Shown here piece by piece: positions 9,257 to 18,170 of a stretch of DNA of 64,000 bases. This stretch comes from an uncultured Chloroflexia bacterium (GTDB lineage Bacteria > Chloroflexota > Anaerolineae > JAAYZQ01): positions 832,001 to 896,000 of the forward strand of contig CAVOXA010000001.1 of the NCBI GenBank assembly GCA_963700285.1. The letters are read 5' to 3'. The position numbers and the translations under genes were made by a program. Under the pieces are notes generated by a model. That model was not told the DNA's origin and made no database searches. It was given only the letters and a program-made list of their open reading frames with translations. The stretch's first letter is position 1, and the number at the start of each line of letters is the position of its first letter.

Positions 9257-11815
9257 TTGACTAGGTCCCAGGTCTGCTTCCTGGCTGTAGTTCTTTCGGG
9301 CGCCCTGATCTTCGGGTGCACGCCAGCGGCGGCAGCCAATGGCAGGGCGTACTATGTCGCCGTAGGTGGCAGTGATGCCAACCCGGGCTCGCTGAAGGAA
9401 CCCTGGAGGACGATTGCCAAGGCCAACCAGGAATTGAAGGCCGGCGACACGGTCTACATCCGGGCCGGGACGTACGACGAGTATATACAGCCGGCCAACT
9501 CGGGCACGCCAGGGAACAAGATTACCTTTACCCGTTACCAGGACGAAGAAGTAATTCTCCGGGGCCAGCCAGGCACGGCACGGCTGGTAGCCCTGCACAA
9601 CCAAAGCTACATCGTCGTGGATGGTTTGACCCTGAGCTATGGCCATCCACCCCCTGAAGGCGACAAGCGGTGGCCGTGGGTGTACATCGGTGAGGATGCT
9701 CACCACAACGTGATCCGGAATTGCACCATCTTTCGGGCGGGCGACCCCCTGTCGCTGTTCCAACGAGGGTACCTGGAGTTCGGCATTGTGCTAAACGGTA
9801 CGAGCCACAATGTCTTGGAAGGCAACACCATCGCTGGTGTGAATCAGGGCATCCACCTCAAGAATGCCCCAACTTTCAACTCGATCCTGAATAACACCAT
9901 AACTGGTACCGGGCAAAGCTCCATTGTTGTCGGCTCGAGCAAGGGTGCCATGCAAGGCAATCTAATCGAGGGCAATATCCTGGAGCGAAGCGCCGTCGAG
10001 GATGGGATCCAGTTCATGGAAGATACGGACCTTCCACATGGGCCCGGGCGCAAGGTAGACATCTCCAACCTGGGCACCATCATCCGCGGGAACATCATCC
10101 GCTATCATAACGAGAATGCGATTGACCTCAAAGGCACAGCGCACGTTGTCATTGAGGGCAACCTCATCTACGGCATTGTGGGCAGTAGCAACGGGCCTCG
10201 CCTGGGCTGGAACCGCAATGCGCATGGCAGCATCACCCGGGGCAGCAATACCAGTACCCGTGACGTGATCATCCGAAGAAATGTCATCTATGACAGCGCG
10301 CCGGGGATCCGCGCCCACCAGGGCTACAAGATCTATCACAATACCTTGGTGGCCAACAATCGTGACTACACCGGATCGAATAGCGACTGGACGGCTGAGG
10401 GTCGGCCCGCTTTCTCAGGCATCCGCCAAAAAGAGCCCGAGGATGGGGATATCGCCATTCAGAACAACATCATCGTTGGACACAACACGGTGGAGGTGGC
10501 GCTGTGGCCCCGGCACGACCGGTCTGAGCCCACCACCATTGATGGCAACCTCTATCACAACAGCAACGGTGTGTTCTTTGGTTTCGTCAAGCCCTCCGGT
10601 GACTGGGAACCGCTCACGTTCAGCATGTGGCGGCGCCTTCTCCGTGGCTATGAATCGGTCGCCGGCAACGAGTGGTACAGCCTGGTTGCGGATCCCAGAT
10701 TTGTAAACGCACCTGGAAGACCGGTCGGCGGGCATGAGCAGTTTGATTTCCGCCTCCAGGACGGCTCCCCTGCCATAGACAGGGGGAGGCCGCTGACCTG
10801 GACGGATGGCAAGGGTTCCGGCAACAAGATCAAGCTCGACGACGCCGGCTACTTTATGGATGGCTACGGTGTGGTTGAGGGCGATCTGATCCAGGTTGGG
10901 CACAGCCGCCCGGTGAGGGTTAAGGCTATTGACTACCAGCGAGATCTTGTTGCGATAGACCGCAGCCTGTCGTGGCAAGATGGCGAGCCGGTAAGCCTGG
11001 CCTACAATGGCTCAGCGCCTGACATCGGAGCCTTTGAGTGTGAGGGTGAGTGTGCCCCTGCCGTCTCGCCACCGTGGCCCAGCCAGCGGGTGTCCGAGGG
11101 GTTACAGGCCCTCTACTCCTTTGATGATGGCGAGGGTCCCCTGGTTCGCGATGTCTCTGGAGTGGGCAGCCCTCTTCATCTGAAAATTGAGGATCCCGCA
11201 GCGGTACAATGGACCGACAGCTCGATAGTAGTGCGGGGGCCCACGCTGATCTCATCTATCGACGCGGCAACCAAGATCACCGAGGCCTGCCACGCCTCCA
11301 ATGAACTCACGGTTGAGGCCTGGATCAAACCCGAGGACAGCGAATCAAGCGGTCCAGCCGGCATTGTGGCCCTGGCCCCGGATGGAGAACACCGCAACTT
11401 TGCCGTGACGCTGGGAATGTCAGGCCGTGAGTCAAGGGACTTGTATGGCATCGGGTTGCGCACCACAGAGGAGACGGAGGGCGGAGGACCCGATCTATCT
11501 TCGCTCCCTGGTGTGGTTCGGGAGGCGCCGACCCACGTGGTTTTGACCCGGGATGCGTCGGGCTTCGCCAGGCTGTACATCAACAACGAACTCCACGCCC
11601 AGGAGACTGTCGGTGGGAACTTTTCCAACTGGGATCGCGGCTACCCCCTGGTGTTAGGCAATGGGCCATCGGGTGATCGTCCCTGGCTGGGTAGCCTCTA
11701 CCTGGTGGCTGTCTATTGCCGGGCCCTTGACGGTCACGAGGTGTGGCAGAATTATGCTTTTGGCCTGAAGGATATCTTTACCTCTGGCCAGTTCTTGCCT
11801 GCCGTGCTCAAGTAG
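9257..11815 (+). CDS. Secreted right-handed beta-helix protein with C-terminal LamG-like domain and FLPAVLK tail
   Basis: Signal peptide; YYVA..GSDANPGS...PWRTI...AGDTVYIRAGTY start; Asn-ladder repeats; DFRLQDGSPAIDRG and APDIGAFE; LamG motifs ELTVEAWIKP and THVVLTRD...LYIN. TTG start uncertain. Confidence 0.8.
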   Translation: MTRSQVCFLAVVLSGALIFGCTPAAAANGRAYYVAVGGSDANPGSLKEPWRTIAKANQELKAGDTVYIRAGTYDEYIQPANSGTPGNKITFTRYQDEEVILRGQPGTARLVALHNQSYIVVDGLTLSYGHPPPEGDKRWPWVYIGEDAHHNVIRNCTIFRAGDPLSLFQRGYLEFGIVLNGTSHNVLEGNTIAGVNQGIHLKNAPTFNSILNNTITGTGQSSIVVGSSKGAMQGNLIEGNILERSAVEDGIQFMEDTDLPHGPGRKVDISNLGTIIRGNIIRYHNENAIDLKGTAHVVIEGNLIYGIVGSSNGPRLGWNRNAHGSITRGSNTSTRDVIIRRNVIYDSAPGIRAHQGYKIYHNTLVANNRDYTGSNSDWTAEGRPAFSGIRQKEPEDGDIAIQNNIIVGHNTVEVALWPRHDRSEPTTIDGNLYHNSNGVFFGFVKPSGDWEPLTFSMWRRLLRGYESVAGNEWYSLVADPRFVNAPGRPVGGHEQFDFRLQDGSPAIDRGRPLTWTDGKGSGNKIKLDDAGYFMDGYGVVEGDLIQVGHSRPVRVKAIDYQRDLVAIDRSLSWQDGEPVSLAYNGSAPDIGAFECEGECAPAVSPPWPSQRVSEGLQALYSFDDGEGPLVRDVSGVGSPLHLKIEDPAAVQWTDSSIVVRGPTLISSIDAATKITEACHASNELTVEAWIKPEDSESSGPAGIVALAPDGEHRNFAVTLGMSGRESRDLYGIGLRTTEETEGGGPDLSSLPGVVREAPTHVVLTRDASGFARLYINNELHAQETVGGNFSNWDRGYPLVLGNGPSGDRPWLGSLYLVAVYCRALDGHEVWQNYAFGLKDIFTSGQFLPAVLK

Positions 11816-11856
11816 CTGTCGACAGCCCAACTATCGTTGTGACGAGGAGATTGGAG

Positions 11857-12705
11857 ATGGATTCGCCCCAAAGCCGAAGCCCATCACAGAGGCCCAGAAA
11901 GGGCTGGTGGAGAAGACTTCGACACACTGCTCGGACTTGGTCGAACAGATTCCCGCGCTTGGGACGGATGTCCACGCGGATATGGCGAACTGCCAAGTAC
12001 CCATTCCTGAGATACAAGGGAAAGCTGTCTGCCTATTGGGGTAGGCGGACGGGTACCTATGTCCATGGAATCGACGTCGATAGGGTTTTCTACGTGCCAT
12101 CCCAGAGTATCGAATACTGCTCCTTGCGGGGGTTCAATATACGCCACTTCAAAGGGCGTGTGGTGCCAGGTGACTGGGACAAACTGGAGAAAAGGTTTGA
12201 GGATCTGGATGTGTACGTTGCCTTCAGACAGGTGTTCCTGGAAGGGCTAGACTGGCCAGATACGGTGTACTATCAACGCAATATCGAGTTCATCAAGGCA
12301 GGCTACATCCGGTGGGGCTGTAAGAACAAAAGCGAGTTTGACCAAAGGTGCAAAGAACTTGAATTGCTGTTTCGTGCGATCCAGCAGGACGGCTACAAGT
12401 CCCAGCGCGAACTCGTCTCCTCTCACAAAGATCTCAGTCCCCCGGTGGTTGACAATGAAGTGATTGTCAGCATTGGCCGTCATGGCGACCTTCTCTTTAG
12501 TGATGGCGCCCATAGACTGGCCATTGCCAAGCTTCTGGGCATTGAGAGCATCCCCGTCGTGGTCGCAGTGCGACACCCGGAATGGGTAGAGCACAGACAG
12601 GACTTGATCCGACGTGTGGGAGGTACGGACGCAGCGGTTCACCAACCGCTCACTCATCCCGATCTCGGGGACATGGCGGAGTTTCGTGCGGGTGAAAGAC
12701 AGTGA
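11857..12705 (+). CDS. Hypothetical protein with ParB/Srx-like motif, glycan-locus associated
   Basis: IGRHGDLLFSDGAHRLAIAKLLGIESIPVVV resembles the ParB/Srx DG.HR motif; GGAG RBS before ATG at 11857. Confidence 0.6.
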   Translation: MDSPQSRSPSQRPRKGWWRRLRHTARTWSNRFPRLGRMSTRIWRTAKYPFLRYKGKLSAYWGRRTGTYVHGIDVDRVFYVPSQSIEYCSLRGFNIRHFKGRVVPGDWDKLEKRFEDLDVYVAFRQVFLEGLDWPDTVYYQRNIEFIKAGYIRWGCKNKSEFDQRCKELELLFRAIQQDGYKSQRELVSSHKDLSPPVVDNEVIVSIGRHGDLLFSDGAHRLAIAKLLGIESIPVVVAVRHPEWVEHRQDLIRRVGGTDAAVHQPLTHPDLGDMAEFRAGERQ

Positions 12706-12725
12706 CGTTGTGTAGGTGACGTGTA

Positions 12726-13922
12726 ATGACAAGTACCAACAAAGCTCCAGTTGATCGATGTCCGCTGTGTGGGTTCGCGGACATTGAACGCTTTATTTCG
12801 ATCCTCCAGGTGCCGGTCTACTGCAACATTCTCTGGGCCACGCGCCAGGCAGCCCTGGATGCGACCAGGGGAGATATCGAACTGGGGTTTTGCAGAAACT
12901 GTGGATATGTGTACAATATGGCTTTTGAGCCAGATTTGATGGCCTATACCCAAGCCTACGAGAACTCGTTGCATTTCTCGCCGCGTTTTCAGGCCTATGC
13001 CGAAGGTCTCGCCAGGCGCTTGATCGAGCGCCACAGCCTGCACGACAAGGACATCATCGAACTGGGCTCCGGTCGGGGGGATTTTCTGAGGTTGCTGTGT
13101 GAGCTGGGAGGGAATCGCGGCCTCGGTTTTGATCCCAGCTATGTGCCCGAGCCGCATCATGACGAGGCCACGACCCGGGTTAGGTTCATCCAGGACTACT
13201 ATTCCAAAGACTATTCGAGTTACCAGGCGGATCTGATCATCTGCCGGCATGTATTGGAGCATATCCCGGATCCGGTCGGCTTTTTGGGAATCGTGCGCAG
13301 GGCCATTGGCCAGCGGTTGGACACGGTCGTCGTTTTCGAAGTCCCCAATATGGAGATTACGCTGCAGGAGCTTGCCATCTGGGATATCATATACGAACAT
13401 TGCTCCTATTTTGTTAGCCACTCGTTAGGCCATGCCTTTGCGCAGAGCGGGTTTCGGCTCACCAAGGTAGCTGAGGCGTTTGCCGGACAGTTCCTGGTGA
13501 TCGAGGCGCTGCCTGCGCCTGGGCCAGGGACCTTTGCCGGCGAACAAGGGGACGGACTGGCCCAGTTGGGCGAGAGCGTAGTCGCCTTTGGCCAGAGGTA
13601 CCGAAACAAGGTGCAGAGTTGGGCCAATACCCTGGCAGAGTTGGCGGCTGCGGGCAAGAAGGCGGTCATCTGGGGTGCTGGCTCAAAGGGTGTCACCTTT
13701 CTGAATGTACTGGACACCGGAGACACCATCGAGGGGGTAGTGGACATCAATCCCCGCAAGCACGGCATGTACGTTGCTGGAACGGGGCAGCAGATCGTAT
13801 CGCCGGATGCGTTGCGCCATGATCCACCTGACGCTGTGATCATCATGAACGCAGTCTATGAACAAGAGATCGGCCGGACCATTGAGGAGCTGGGTCTGCG
13901 AACGCAGTTGATGTGCGCGTGA
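12726..13922 (+). CDS. C-methyltransferase-like class I SAM-dependent methyltransferase (paralog 3)
   Basis: CPLCG...CRNCG, ELGSGRG, CRHVLEHI, WDIIYEHCSYF, WGAGSKGVTFL; collinear with the 7988 ORF. Confidence 0.85.
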   Translation: MTSTNKAPVDRCPLCGFADIERFISILQVPVYCNILWATRQAALDATRGDIELGFCRNCGYVYNMAFEPDLMAYTQAYENSLHFSPRFQAYAEGLARRLIERHSLHDKDIIELGSGRGDFLRLLCELGGNRGLGFDPSYVPEPHHDEATTRVRFIQDYYSKDYSSYQADLIICRHVLEHIPDPVGFLGIVRRAIGQRLDTVVVFEVPNMEITLQELAIWDIIYEHCSYFVSHSLGHAFAQSGFRLTKVAEAFAGQFLVIEALPAPGPGTFAGEQGDGLAQLGESVVAFGQRYRNKVQSWANTLAELAAAGKKAVIWGAGSKGVTFLNVLDTGDTIEGVVDINPRKHGMYVAGTGQQIVSPDALRHDPPDAVIIMNAVYEQEIGRTIEELGLRTQLMCA

Positions 13923-14010
13923 GCTAGTACAATCGTTGTCCAGGGAGTGCCGATAAGAAAGATCGGCAGGCGCGCAGCAACCTACTGGATAGGGAGATTG
14001 ATGAGATACC

Positions 14011-15522
14011 ATGACAAAGACACTGATGTTTGGCATTGATGGCGGGACATGGACGGTCATCCAGCCCATGATAGACAGGGGTGAGCTTCCAAACCTGGCC
14101 AAGTTGTGCGCCAACGGAGCTACGGGCAAGTTGCGCTCGATGCATCCGGCCGCGTCCCCCATGTTGTGGACGACCATTGCCACGGGCAAGCGTCCAGAAA
14201 AGCACGGGGTCCAGCTTTTTGGGGACACCTCCAAGACCGTGCGCTGCAAGCGAATTTGGAATATCTATGAGGAGATGGGCAATCCCGTGGGATTGTGTGG
14301 TTATCTCATGACCTGGCCCCCGGACATCACCAACGGCTTCATGATACCCGACTTGTTTGCCCTGGGACCTGATACGCAACCCCCTGAACTCAAGTTTCTG
14401 CAAGAGTTCACCCTGTCCCAGCGGCGTACCCGTGGCGCGGCTACCCATAGCCCGGGATACTACCTCCAGCTCGCCAGGCAGATGAGCCAGCATGGGGTTT
14501 CTTCCTCAACCCTGACGTCGGCTCTGGGCTTTATGGCTCGCAAGACCCTGACCAGGATGCCCCCCAGGGAGCGCTTCTGGCGCAAGGGTCTGGTACAGCC
14601 CCGGATCTATGCCGACGTATTCACCCACCTTTATCAAGAGTACAGGCCGGTATATGCGGGGTTCCATTTTCACCTTACCGATACGTTGTCTCACAAGTAC
14701 TGGCAGTACCTCTTCCCTGAAGAGTTCGAGGATGTTCCCGAGGATGCGGTGGCCCGGTACGGGTCGGTTATCCCCAGTGCCTACCAGTTGGCGGACGAGA
14801 TCTTGGGCCGCGTCCTGGACTTAATCGACGAGGATACGACCGTCATTGTCCTCTCGGACCATGGCTTCGGACCCATGGATCCCGATCCTATCCCGATTCT
14901 GAACATCAAACTAGTCATGAAAGAAGTAGAAATCCCTGACTATATCGTGCCCATGCGTATCGGGCGCAGGTGGTATCTCACCGCCAAGGATCGCCAGGAC
15001 AAGGGTGTGCCGAAGCTTGTGATCGAACGACTGTCAGCCGCGTACATCAAAGAGACTGGGGCTCCCCTGTTTGGCGTCACCGAGTTTCCGGGCTACATCA
15101 GGCTCCGACTGCCGCGCTATCAGGTGGACCTCAGCGGGACAGGTGTCTTTCCCGACATTGGGTCTTACCTACTGAGCGATCTCCTGAAATACGATACCGA
15201 GAAGGTCAACTCCGGCGCTCATCACGACGATGGAATCGTGATCGTGCATGGGAAGAGCGTCAAGGCGGGCGCAGTCATCGAGGGGATGGGGCTGCTCGAC
15301 GTGGTGCCCACACTGCTGGCACTCGATGGGCTGCCTGTCGCCAGGGACATGGATGGCCAGGTCAAGACCGAGGCCATAGATGATCACTTCCTCCGGACCC
15401 ATCCTGTGAAATACATCGACTCTTATGAGGATGACGAGAAGCCGATGGATGAAGAAGAAGAGATGACGGCGGAGGAACGGGAAAAGGTGATGGGGCGCCT
15501 GGAAGCGCTTGGCTATCTATAA
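14011..15522 (+). CDS. Alkaline phosphatase superfamily protein (type I phosphodiesterase/nucleotide pyrophosphatase-like)
   Basis: GIDGGTW, SPMLWTTIATGKRPEKHGV, LSDHGF, GAHHDDG, LDVVPTLL, C-terminal RLEALGYL. Confidence 0.85.
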   Translation: MTKTLMFGIDGGTWTVIQPMIDRGELPNLAKLCANGATGKLRSMHPAASPMLWTTIATGKRPEKHGVQLFGDTSKTVRCKRIWNIYEEMGNPVGLCGYLMTWPPDITNGFMIPDLFALGPDTQPPELKFLQEFTLSQRRTRGAATHSPGYYLQLARQMSQHGVSSSTLTSALGFMARKTLTRMPPRERFWRKGLVQPRIYADVFTHLYQEYRPVYAGFHFHLTDTLSHKYWQYLFPEEFEDVPEDAVARYGSVIPSAYQLADEILGRVLDLIDEDTTVIVLSDHGFGPMDPDPIPILNIKLVMKEVEIPDYIVPMRIGRRWYLTAKDRQDKGVPKLVIERLSAAYIKETGAPLFGVTEFPGYIRLRLPRYQVDLSGTGVFPDIGSYLLSDLLKYDTEKVNSGAHHDDGIVIVHGKSVKAGAVIEGMGLLDVVPTLLALDGLPVARDMDGQVKTEAIDDHFLRTHPVKYIDSYEDDEKPMDEEEEMTAEEREKVMGRLEALGYL

Positions 15523-15587
15523 GACGGGATGACCAGTCCCTGCCGTAACGGATTACACGCCAGCGGGCCATTAGATTGGGGGAAAGC

Positions 15588-16361
15588 ATGAAGGTAGCAA
15601 TACTTGCCGGTGGATATGGGTCGCGCCTCGCAGAAGAGACTGAGGTAAAACCGAAACCGATGGTCGAGATCGGTGGCCAGCCGATCCTGTGGCACATCAT
15701 GATGCACTATGCGCACTATGGCTTCAAAGAGTTTGCGATCGCGCTTGGTTACAAAGGGGTGGCGATCAAAAGGTACATGGTCGACTATTGCTCGCTCAAC
15801 AGCAATCTTACCGTAGACATGAAGACGGGCGCGGTTCACACCCACGGCTGCCACAGTGAGGACTGGCTGGTAGATCTGGTGGATACTGGCCTGTCAACCA
15901 TGACCGGTGGGCGCATTAAGCGGTTGGCTCCCTACTTGGGCGATGAGACCTTTATGCTCACCTGGGGTGATGGTGTCTCTGATGTGAACCTGCACGATCT
16001 GTTGGCCTTCCACCGTTCTCACGGCAAGCTGGCAACCCTAACGGCCGTTCGGCCCCCGGCACGATACGGCTACATGAACTTTGATGGAGATCGGGTTGTC
16101 GAGTTTACCGAGAAGCCGCAGATCGGAGAGGGCTGGATCAACGGGGCCTTCTTTGTACTTGAGCCGGAGGTTTTTGACTATATTGAGGGCGATAGCACGG
16201 TGTGGGAGAGGGAGCCCCTGGAGAATCTGACTCGAGATGGACAGTTGATGGCCTACCGCCATACATCCTTCTGGCAGTGCATGGATACCCTGCGCGAAAA
16301 ACATATTCTGGAGTCATTCTGGCAGGGTGGGAATGCTCCCTGGAAGGTGTGGGAAGGCTGA
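15588..16361 (+). CDS. rfbF: Glucose-1-phosphate cytidylyltransferase
   Basis: ILAGGYGSRLAEETEVKPKPMVEIGG, LVDTG..TMTGGRIKR, WQCMDTLREK, APWKVW. Confidence 0.93.
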   Translation: MKVAILAGGYGSRLAEETEVKPKPMVEIGGQPILWHIMMHYAHYGFKEFAIALGYKGVAIKRYMVDYCSLNSNLTVDMKTGAVHTHGCHSEDWLVDLVDTGLSTMTGGRIKRLAPYLGDETFMLTWGDGVSDVNLHDLLAFHRSHGKLATLTAVRPPARYGYMNFDGDRVVEFTEKPQIGEGWINGAFFVLEPEVFDYIEGDSTVWEREPLENLTRDGQLMAYRHTSFWQCMDTLREKHILESFWQGGNAPWKVWEG

Positions 16362-16377
16362 GACAGTGGCTGCGACT

Positions 16378-17784
16378 ATGAAGGTGTTCGGGAAACGTTA
16401 CGCTTTCTCGCTCTCCGCCTTGCTTATCCTGGCTCTGTTTGTCCATGGAGGTCTGCTACTCTATGATCTGGCTCATCCAGAGGCATTCGTGCATGTGGAC
16501 CACGGCGAGCGTAGGCTACGCTTTATTCAAGGGCTGATGGCAAGTACCGGCTCAAGTGAGGAACTGACGGATTTCGCGACGAACCACTGGATCATTGGAG
16601 ATTATGGACTCCAGGCCATTCTATATGGACTTGTGGGACACTATGGTCTGATCGTCTTCCAGGTCTTCCTCACTCTGCTCTCCATCGCCTGTTTGTTCAA
16701 GCTAGCACTGCTTCTGACCGGTTCGCAGGGAACTGCCCTGCTGGCGGCCTCTGTCTTTGCATTCCTGCCACATACTTTGGTTCACCCCCACCTCCTCGCC
16801 TCTGAAGCGTTCTTTGTGCCTTTGGTCGTGTTCTCCTTTTACTTCATGGGCAGATGTTTGGTGGAAAGGCCGGGCCTTTACTATCTCCTACTGTCCGGAC
16901 TCATGATTGGGCTGGCGACGCTGGTGAGGCCAGTCACTGTGATATGGCCCGCTGTTGCCTGTGTCGTGGCCGTCATCACGTTTCGGTCCAGGTTGCAGAT
17001 CAGAAACTGGCTCGGTTACCTGTCAGTGGCCTACTTACCCTTGCTCCTATGGATGCTGCTGATGCTGTCTGCCACGGGCGAGTTCAGCATGGGGAAGGGT
17101 TCGGCCAGCCTTGGCAGCAACCTCTATACCACCGTCGAGTTCGTATCAGAGACCCTACCCCCGGCGGACCGGGCACGCATCCAAGAGATCTATCTAACCT
17201 ACGGGCCCAGGGATGGCGGGGAAAAGATGGGAGTCAGCCAGTACCTTCGCTTCGTGACCGAGTACCCGCTAGGCTATGCAGAGCATCAGGGAAGGGCGGC
17301 CATGATGTTCTTTGCCAAGTCTGGAATCAACAAGATAACCAAGAGCTACTTGCAGCTCTTCCCCGAAGCACTGATTGAGATTGACGATAATGAGACGCGA
17401 CAGTCGTGGCGTGAGCGGTTGGAGCGCGAAGGCACCCTGGATACCTTTGCCTACTACTATCAGCGGTACAACGTCCTGGTCCTACTAGCCGCCATCGGTG
17501 GCGCGCTGTTTGCCGTGGTGATGGTGCTTGCGATCTATGGGTCAGTCCTGCTGGGCATTGGTTACTCTCGCCATGAGGGTACGCTCGGTGAACGGTGTCT
17601 GCAGGCCCAGGTGCTCCTGTTCCCCTGGTATGTCCTGGCCGCATCCATGACCTCACAGAGATTGCAGTCCAGACACCGTGCTCCGGCCGAGTTTGCCATC
17701 TGCCTGCTGTTCAGCGTCGCAGCCAGCCACCTGTACGCCTCCTGGAAGAGGCGCAGGGCTAGCAGGCTCCTCCCAACAGCCTGA
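16378..17784 (+). CDS. Multi-pass membrane glycosyltransferase (GT-C, ArnT/PMT-like)
   Basis: About 11 TM segments; LASEAFFVPL, GLATLVRP and SRHRAPAE motifs typical of GT39-like proteins. Confidence 0.65.
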   Translation: MKVFGKRYAFSLSALLILALFVHGGLLLYDLAHPEAFVHVDHGERRLRFIQGLMASTGSSEELTDFATNHWIIGDYGLQAILYGLVGHYGLIVFQVFLTLLSIACLFKLALLLTGSQGTALLAASVFAFLPHTLVHPHLLASEAFFVPLVVFSFYFMGRCLVERPGLYYLLLSGLMIGLATLVRPVTVIWPAVACVVAVITFRSRLQIRNWLGYLSVAYLPLLLWMLLMLSATGEFSMGKGSASLGSNLYTTVEFVSETLPPADRARIQEIYLTYGPRDGGEKMGVSQYLRFVTEYPLGYAEHQGRAAMMFFAKSGINKITKSYLQLFPEALIEIDDNETRQSWRERLEREGTLDTFAYYYQRYNVLVLLAAIGGALFAVVMVLAIYGSVLLGIGYSRHEGTLGERCLQAQVLLFPWYVLAASMTSQRLQSRHRAPAEFAICLLFSVAASHLYASWKRRRASRLLPTA

Positions 17785-18034
17785 TCACCCCAACGAACCT
17801 CTGTCCTACTGCCGTCCCCCAAATCTGCACAAGCGCCGGCCTTGTGCCTGTCGCTACCAAGAAACCGTAACCCCATCATGCTTGGCTGCGAGGAACCTGC
17901 GCCATTCTGAGTGATGCATGGCGCGGGCGCCACGCTATGTGGTAGAAACTCGCGTCTCCTACCCGTTAACGACAATTTGGCCATGTTTTATCAGATATCA
18001 CTCAATTTTAACTTTGAACTACACGCTTTGATAT

Positions 18035-18063
18035 TTGACAAGGTATCTTGTTCATAGTATAAT
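18035..18063 (+). promoter_or_regulatory. Consensus sigma70 promoter with palindromic operator candidate
   Basis: TTGACA-N17-TATAAT in an AT-rich patch; ACAAG-gtat-CTTGT inverted repeat at 18038-18051. Confidence 0.8.
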
Positions 18064-18170
18064 GATTTCAGTTGGATGGGTACGAACAAGGTGTAGCTGG
18101 CTGGCAGCGCCGGTGTCCTGCACGAGTGCACGCCAGGAAGGCTGGTGTCTCTGCCGAACACGGAGCTCAT

